This document shows, one piece after another, positions 58,021-64,000 of a stretch of DNA of 64,000 nt; the stretch's first letter is position 1; each line of letters opens with the position of its first letter. A program made the translations under genes and the position numbers. The notes below the pieces were generated by a model, which had not been told where the DNA came from, did not search any database, and worked only from the letters and a program-made list of their open reading frames with translations. The DNA is from Candidatus Bathyarchaeota archaeon (lineage in GTDB: Archaea; Thermoproteota; Bathyarchaeia; Bathyarchaeales; Bathycorpusculaceae), in assembly GCA_963828195.1 (NCBI GenBank), contig CAWHDT010000005.1, positions 320,001 to 384,000 of the forward strand, in the 5' to 3' direction.

Positions 58021-58489
58021 CTTTAAGTACTTCTTTTATTTTTTGTATAACTTGTTCTTTTGTGGCTTTACCGATAACCTGATCGTCAACAACTATGTTT
58101 GGTGCCATAGCGCATGCGCCGATGCAGCGTGTTAGAAGAAGGGAGAGTTTTCCATCGGCAGTTGAGCCGCCGCGTTTGAGATCAAACTCTTTTTCTATGG
58201 CTGTCATGATTTCATCAACTCCTTTGACGTAGCAGGCGGTTCCTAAGCAGCCGGTTACGACGTGTTGACCTGGCTTTCTAAGCTTAAACAGGCTATAGAA
58301 AGTTGCGACGCCATAAATGTGGCTGGGAGGAAGGTTCAAAGAACCAGCAATATCTGTGAGTAAGTCTTTATCTAGATATCCATAAATTTCTTGGGCTCGA
58401 TTAAGGATTTCTAGAAGGGCGCTTTCTTGATAATTGTGTTCTTTCAAAACTTTTTCAAGCATTAAACGTCTCTCATCATTTTCAACCAA
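57995..58489 (-). CDS. hoxE: Diaphorase 2Fe-2S subunit (NuoE-like)
   Basis: GVATFYSLF, CLGTAC, CIGAC. Confidence 0.9.
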   Translation of the reverse strand: MVENDERRLMLEKVLKEHNYQESALLEILNRAQEIYGYLDKDLLTDIAGSLNLPPSHIYGVATFYSLFKLRKPGQHVVTGCLGTACYVKGVDEIMTAIEKEFDLKRGGSTADGKLSLLLTRCIGACAMAPNIVVDDQVIGKATKEQVIQKIKEVLKGEQKVEAS

Positions 58490-58806
58490 ACTTTGATCCT
58501 CCTTTTAAATTACGGGGAATCATAGGCAATCGGTAGCCATCTCTGAAGACCCTAGTATAAAAGTGTAGAGGGTCGATTCAACAAATTTTAACAAACACCG
58601 AATATAAAACCAGCTTTTTAACAAATGACTCTCAATTTGCTAGGGATTGGAGAATGCAGACATAAACTCACCCCTTTCTGTTTTTAAGACCAATTTATTG
58701 GTCTATTTGTGCGCTTTTGGCAAGAGAATTAGTTACATTAAGCAAATGAACTAAACTAAAGAATGTGCACAGTATCAAGGGAAAACTTTACCAATTCCGT
58801 AAATAG

Positions 58807-61626
58807 TTAGATCGAAGGCACCTTTGGCTTTTCTCGGGCTTTGCTTTTGTTTTCTTCGGAAACCTCAGTTTCAAGCGTTTTTTCTGTTGCTGCTTTTGAA
58901 GAAATCTTAGGTCGAAAACATCGACTATCCGCGTCAATATTTTTGAGGTCTAAAAAGCCTTTTACTGTGCCATCATGTAAGTATTCAAGATTGAAACCCA
59001 TTTTCTTTGTAAGGCTTAAAGCGCGATAATTGTCGCTTAACATTATCGCATAGACATTTTCAACTCCTTTTTCCTTGGCAATATCAAGCACATAATCAAT
59101 CATTTTTGTTCCCAAGCCTAAGCCCTGCCAGTAATCAGTTACGATAAAAGCCATTTCACCGCTTTTTCCGTCAGGCTCTATACTTATACGAGTTACTCCC
59201 AATATTTTTCTTCGCTCACCTTCAGTTAGTTCTGCGACAATGGCTATTTCTCGGTCGTAGTCAATGTTGCAGTAGCGTACTCGAACCTCATGGGGCGTAT
59301 CTTTAAGTATCTGGAAGAAACGGTAGCGGATTGCTTCTTCCGAGAAGCTCTGAAACATTTCAAGCCACATAGGCTCGTCTTCAGGTTTTATAGGTCGCAG
59401 AAGCACTTCTTGACCGCCTTTGAGAGACCAAAGCAACTCGTATTTTTTGGGGTAAGGACTAATCACCATATGTGCATGAGGCTCAAATTTCTTGCAAACG
59501 ATATCTTTGTCAATAACTATCGTTGCATCAAGAATGCTGGCTTCTTTTCCAGTTACCAATAGCGGATTAATCCCGATATTTTTTATCTGTGGAAAATCAA
59601 CGAGAAACTGAGAAAAAAGCAGTACAGTTTCTTCAAGCTGTTTAAGATCAACAGATGGCGCATTACGGTATCCTTTCAGAAGCTGGTAAACCTTTGTTTC
59701 CTCCATCATGCGCCGTAAAAGCGTGGTATTCAACGGTGGAAGCGCTATTGAATAATCCTTAAAAAGTTCCACACCTACACCGCCCATCCCGAAAAGAATC
59801 ACGGGTCCAAAAACAGGATCGGTTTTTCCGCCTATTATTAATTCATACCCATTTTTCGCAATCATAGGTTGAACCAATACGCCGTTTATCTGGGCAGCAG
59901 AATTGTAGGCTTTAGCTCTTTGAATTAATAATTCAAAGGCTTCACGCACTGCATTTGGCGAATGTACATTTAAAATAACTCCGCCTGCGAGGCTTTTGTG
60001 GACAATTTGGGGAGAAAGAATTTTTAATGCTACTGGAAAGCCAATTTCTTGCGCTAAAGTAACTGCTTCGTCAACATTGTGTGCGACAACAGTTTTTAAA
60101 ACTGGAAAATTGTAATATTTAAGTACTTTTTGTGCTTCGCTTTCTGTTAATTCTTCACGGTTTTCAAGTGAGACATTTCTAAATATAGCTAGTATGGGGC
60201 GTTTTGGCGGTGAAGCATCAACGGGTAATTCTTCCGGAGTTTCGTAAAGAAGCTCAAGATTGCGCTGGTAATTGTACATGTACATGTATGTTTTGACCGC
60301 TTGCTCAGGTGTAGAGTAAGTAGGAATTGTGTTGGCATTAAAAATATCATTTGCCTCGTGAACTGCATCAAAACCCATGAATGAGGTAAGAATAGTTTTG
60401 TTCTGGTAAGATTTACTCCGCACAAGTTCCACTATGCCCTTTGCAACCTCTGCGGGCTCTGAACCGGCCTGCTTGGTAAAAATAACTAGTATTCCATCAA
60501 CAGTATCGTCGTTTAGGCAAGCTTCAACCGCAATTCTGTAACGGTCAACCCTTGCATCTCCAAGAACATCAGCCGGATTGCTTTTGCTCCAGAAAGGCGG
60601 CAAAACACTGTTAAGAATATCCATTGTTTTCTTGCTCAACTCAGCCAATTTGCCGCCGCGAGCAATCAAAGCGTCAGTAGCCATAACCCCTGGACCACCC
60701 GCGTTAGTTATTATAGCAAGCCTTGGCCCTTTAGGCAATGGCTGAGTTCCTAAAACCTCGGCAGCATTAAACAAATCAGCTATCTCTTCAACCCGAACAA
60801 TCCCCGCTCGTTTAAACGCCGCATCATAAACGTCATCTTCTCCCGAAATAGACCCTGTGTGAGAAGCGGTCGTTTTTGCGCTTTCAATAAATTTTCCTGA
60901 TTTCACAACGATTATAGGTTTGGTTCTTGCAAAGTGCCTTGCAGCGCTCATAAACTTACGCGCTTCAGTTATTCCCTCAACGAACATGAGTATGCTCTTG
61001 GTTTTTGGGTCTGAACCGAAATAGTCAATTAAATCGCCGAAGTCTACATCAATCATCGATCCAACTGAAACAAAGCTACTGAAGCCAATGTTTTCGTGAA
61101 TCGCCAAATCAAGAATTGCTGAACCCAATGCGCCGCTTTGCGATATAAAAGCGATGTTACCAGATTTCGGCATCTTATCCAGGAAAGTAGCATTGAGACT
61201 TATTTTTGGGTTTATTACACCAATACAGTTGGGACCGACTAATCGAATACCATATTTTTTGGCTATTTCAAGAATTTTATCTTCCAAAGCTTTACCCTCA
61301 GCGCCTGTTTCTTTGAAGCCCCCAGAAACAATAATTACGCCTTTAACAGGTGCCTTCCCACATTCTTCCATTATAGCCGGAACGGTCTTGGCCGGCGTCG
61401 CAATCACGGCTAAATCCACAAGTTCAGGAATATGAGTTACTGTTTTGAATGTTTTAATTCCTAAAATCTCAGGTTTTCGAATGTTCACTAAGTAAACTTT
61501 TCCTGTATAGTCAAGTTGAGTAAAATTTCTTACTAGAGCATATCCAACTGAGCCTTCAACGTCGCTGGCTCCGATAATGGCTACAGTACGAGGGTTGAAA
61601 ATTTTGTCAAGATTCAATGTAACCAT
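58807..61626 (-). CDS. ADP-forming acyl-CoA synthetase alpha/beta fused to a C-terminal GNAT domain (Pat/PatZ-type acetyltransferase)
   Basis: GPNCIG, SQSGA, SHTG, ATP-grasp, RYRFF, WQGLGLG. Confidence 0.9.
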   Translation of the reverse strand: MVTLNLDKIFNPRTVAIIGASDVEGSVGYALVRNFTQLDYTGKVYLVNIRKPEILGIKTFKTVTHIPELVDLAVIATPAKTVPAIMEECGKAPVKGVIIVSGGFKETGAEGKALEDKILEIAKKYGIRLVGPNCIGVINPKISLNATFLDKMPKSGNIAFISQSGALGSAILDLAIHENIGFSSFVSVGSMIDVDFGDLIDYFGSDPKTKSILMFVEGITEARKFMSAARHFARTKPIIVVKSGKFIESAKTTASHTGSISGEDDVYDAAFKRAGIVRVEEIADLFNAAEVLGTQPLPKGPRLAIITNAGGPGVMATDALIARGGKLAELSKKTMDILNSVLPPFWSKSNPADVLGDARVDRYRIAVEACLNDDTVDGILVIFTKQAGSEPAEVAKGIVELVRSKSYQNKTILTSFMGFDAVHEANDIFNANTIPTYSTPEQAVKTYMYMYNYQRNLELLYETPEELPVDASPPKRPILAIFRNVSLENREELTESEAQKVLKYYNFPVLKTVVAHNVDEAVTLAQEIGFPVALKILSPQIVHKSLAGGVILNVHSPNAVREAFELLIQRAKAYNSAAQINGVLVQPMIAKNGYELIIGGKTDPVFGPVILFGMGGVGVELFKDYSIALPPLNTTLLRRMMEETKVYQLLKGYRNAPSVDLKQLEETVLLFSQFLVDFPQIKNIGINPLLVTGKEASILDATIVIDKDIVCKKFEPHAHMVISPYPKKYELLWSLKGGQEVLLRPIKPEDEPMWLEMFQSFSEEAIRYRFFQILKDTPHEVRVRYCNIDYDREIAIVAELTEGERRKILGVTRISIEPDGKSGEMAFIVTDYWQGLGLGTKMIDYVLDIAKEKGVENVYAIMLSDNYRALSLTKKMGFNLEYLHDGTVKGFLDLKNIDADSRCFRPKISSKAATEKTLETEVSEENKSKAREKPKVPSI

Positions 61627-61890
61627 TTCTGAATTTAACCTCTAAGTTAAGGCTCTCACATCGACATAAATAAGTTTGTTGTGTCTTTATTTTTCCGTAA
61701 CGAATTCGGGATTCAAGAGGCAAAACTAAAGTTTCGGAAATTCATTTTTTAAAAACCGCGCCGGACCACAGGTTCCATTGGAAATACTTAAGTGCATCAG
61801 TCGAAAAAATGCAGTGACGTAAGCAATAACATTGCTCTGATTTCTCGAATTATGATGCCTCAATATTGTCACAAATAGACTTGCACTGTT

Positions 61891-62415
61891 CTAATGAATG
61901 GAAGCAACGATGGCAGTTACGGTTCCTTGAATATGTGGAACTTCTTTCTGTATTTTTAAAACAAGTCGTTTGAGATCTTCCTTGTCGCTTGCTTTTACCG
62001 CGCATATTACGTCGTATGGTCCGAATACCGTATCAGCGGACAAAACATTGGGAATACTTTGAAGCTCTTGTTGGACCACTTCAATATTTCTAGGCTGGGT
62101 ATTGAGGAAGAGAAATGCGTATGGCTCCTCCGTGAGCGGCTTGCCTTCGGATATAACAATGAGAGTTTGCGTTTTCTCAATCAGTGGTTCTTGCGGCGTT
62201 ATTGCTCTAATAGGATTGAACCATTTCTTAATGAATTCGTCAAGATCATTAAAATGCAATTGAACCAGAATGTCAACGGGGCCAAAGAGCAAAAAGACAT
62301 CCTGCATTGAAAGACCCATTTTTATTAGCTCATCTAAAACTGTATTGATTGCCAACTCGTCTAAAATTGTGTTAAAAACGCCTGTTTTACACGATAAAAT
62401 CATGTAAGCTTTCAT
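61891..62415 (-). CDS. Tandem Lrp/AsnC ligand-binding (RAM) domain protein
   Basis: Two repeats (LFGPVDIL, VFGPYDVI), no HTH. Confidence 0.82.
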   Translation of the reverse strand: MKAYMILSCKTGVFNTILDELAINTVLDELIKMGLSMQDVFLLFGPVDILVQLHFNDLDEFIKKWFNPIRAITPQEPLIEKTQTLIVISEGKPLTEEPYAFLFLNTQPRNIEVVQQELQSIPNVLSADTVFGPYDVICAVKASDKEDLKRLVLKIQKEVPHIQGTVTAIVASIH

Positions 62416-62477
62416 TGTCGCTCAAGAATTAATAGTGCTCACTGCCTCATAAGTGTTAAGTTCGGCAAATCTTTTCT

Positions 62478-63461
62478 TTATGGTTTCTTTATTTTTCTTC
62501 TGAGAATTGATGAGGGCAGCGAGTACATATAGAATGTTCCGATTGGATCTTTAATTTGGCTTATTAGAGTCTCAACGTCTTGTCCTGGTTGAAGCTCTTG
62601 TTCTCCTTCCAAGCCGAGAATGGAGGCTAAGGCGCTAAGCATAGCTGCACCTTGTTCTATCGAGTTCGGACAAGGTCCTCCGCATCCTGTGCAGGGCATG
62701 TCAACGGTCAAGCATTTAGCCTCGCATCCAGCTCGAGTTGCTGGTCCCATGCATATTATTCCCTGTTCAAGCAAGCACTTTTCCGGTTCAGGAGCCTTCT
62801 CATAAACGCGGTATATCTTTGAAATTCTCTTGTCTTCCTTCTTTCGGGGGCATTCGTCACAAACAGACTTCATCGGTGCAAGAACCGAACCTTTAGGAGG
62901 TAGTGCTTTTTTTGCTATGGCTTCAACGGCGTTACCGATTAATTTAACTGGTGGCGGGCAACCTGGAAGGTAATAGTCCACTTCAACGGTCTGATCTAAA
63001 GTCTTCACGGTGTCGTAGAATTCTGGAAGCTTCAAGAGCCCTTCTTTTGCTTCAGTCTTAGTTTTGGGAATTACATTGCTTGGATTAATGGTCGATTTGC
63101 TTTCCAAGTAGACCTTCTTGAAAATTTCTTTGCGGTCATGAAGATTTGCCAATCCCGGTATACACCCCTCTTGAGCACAGGAACCGAAGGCTACAAGCGT
63201 CTTTGACTTTTGTCTAAGAAGTTTAGCCATGTGTTCTTGCTCTTCGTTTCGAACTGAACCGTTGAAGAAGCATATGTCCATATATTTGTCAGGCATGGCT
63301 TCGAGGTCTTTATACTTGATATCTATGGCTACAGGCCAGAATACTATGTCTGCAATTTGTACGACGTCTAATATTTTCTCGTTTAGATCTAACACCGCGA
63401 TTTCGCAGCCGCCGCAACTTGCAGCCCAATAAAAGCCAATTTTCAGTTTCTCTTCAGCCAT
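62478..63461 (-). CDS. mvhG: Second MvhG-type hydrogenase small subunit
   Basis: Close paralogue of 50968-51957. Confidence 0.88.
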   Translation of the reverse strand: MAEEKLKIGFYWAASCGGCEIAVLDLNEKILDVVQIADIVFWPVAIDIKYKDLEAMPDKYMDICFFNGSVRNEEQEHMAKLLRQKSKTLVAFGSCAQEGCIPGLANLHDRKEIFKKVYLESKSTINPSNVIPKTKTEAKEGLLKLPEFYDTVKTLDQTVEVDYYLPGCPPPVKLIGNAVEAIAKKALPPKGSVLAPMKSVCDECPRKKEDKRISKIYRVYEKAPEPEKCLLEQGIICMGPATRAGCEAKCLTVDMPCTGCGGPCPNSIEQGAAMLSALASILGLEGEQELQPGQDVETLISQIKDPIGTFYMYSLPSSILRRKIKKP

Positions 63462-63468
63462 CTGGTTT

Positions 63469-64000
63469 TCAGCCTTCACAAACTTGCTTTAAAATTTTTG
63501 AACAGTCAACCCGTAATTCGTTGAAGGCTAATTCATTAGGTGGAATTCCCATGGCTAGACCCAGCAATTGAGGATAATGCAGAATAGGTATTCCATAGAC
63601 TTCATTAAACATTTTTTCAATACGTTGCTCATTCGTGTCATACATGATATGACAGAAAGGGCAAATCGTTATCATGGCTTGCGCATTTACTTGTTTGACA
63701 TGGTTCAATTTGTCCCTTGACAGTTGCAGGGCAACTTTGTCGCTTACGCCTGCACTTGGGGCGCCACAGCATTCAGTTTCATCCATGTAATCCAGGCAGG
63801 TTGCACCTGTGGCTTCTATTAGATTTTTGAGTCCTGTTGGGTTTTCCGGGTCCTCGAACCCGATGATGTCTCTAGGCCTCAAAATGTGACAGCCGTTGTG
63901 TTCCGCAACCTTTAGCTTCGACAAGGGTTTCGTCACTGAGCACTTTATTTTCGCTACCCCGATGTCCTCAATGAGCACTTGCATGAGATGTTTTGCATTT
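63469..64000 (-). CDS. hdrB: Second heterodisulfide reductase subunit B, 5' end outside the window
   Basis: AEHNGCHILRP, ECCGAPS, CPFCHIMYD; paralogue of 51950-52846. Confidence 0.88.
   Translation of the reverse strand, partial: NAKHLMQVLIEDIGVAKIKCSVTKPLSKLKVAEHNGCHILRPRDIIGFEDPENPTGLKNLIEATGATCLDYMDETECCGAPSAGVSDKVALQLSRDKLNHVKQVNAQAMITICPFCHIMYDTNEQRIEKMFNEVYGIPILHYPQLLGLAMGIPPNELAFNELRVDCSKILKQVCEG

Noticed and set aside
61772-61785. GTTCCATTGGAAAT resembles an archaeal ORB box
   Set aside because: Single copy, no G-string and no orc1/cdc6 gene in the window; more likely a transcription-factor site or chance.

Overview
Archaeal chromosomal window, most consistent with Bathyarchaeia (inferred from PEF-CTERM surface proteins, paired purP genes, an EF-2 paralogue, Mvh/Hdr genes and TATA/BRE promoters). 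1-11.5 kb: cell-envelope locus with three MacB/FtsX permeases, one ABC ATPase, a YVTN propeller and a membrane-anchored wHTH regulator behind a mirror-symmetric divergent promoter. 11.5-22 kb: tRNA-Ile2(CAU), an OGG1-type glycosylase, an EF-2 paralogue without the diphthamide His, a small toxin-antitoxin-like islet (RNase H-like gene with a convergent hairpin RNA candidate) and purP-purP-purC. A ~26 kb accessory region (22-47.7 kb) separates purC from purE. It holds (i) a ~7.4 kb cryptic integrated element with a tyrosine recombinase of non-canonical catalytic signature and a glycosyltransferase, flanked by orphan PEF-type sorting-signal tails, and (ii) an amide-nitrogen island (Lrp, cobQ, APC permease, P-type ATPase, glnA, two asnB-family genes, several unannotated micro-ORFs) in which about 8 promoters share one extended palindrome-plus-TATA motif. 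47.8-64 kb: purE, hycI, hdrCB-mvhGA, a complete hoxEFUYH, an ACD-GNAT fusion and a second hdrB-mvhG. A ~160 bp double-hairpin non-coding element occurs twice (~0.5 kb and ~47.4 kb, inverted). All calls come from manual reading of motifs; no database searches were run.
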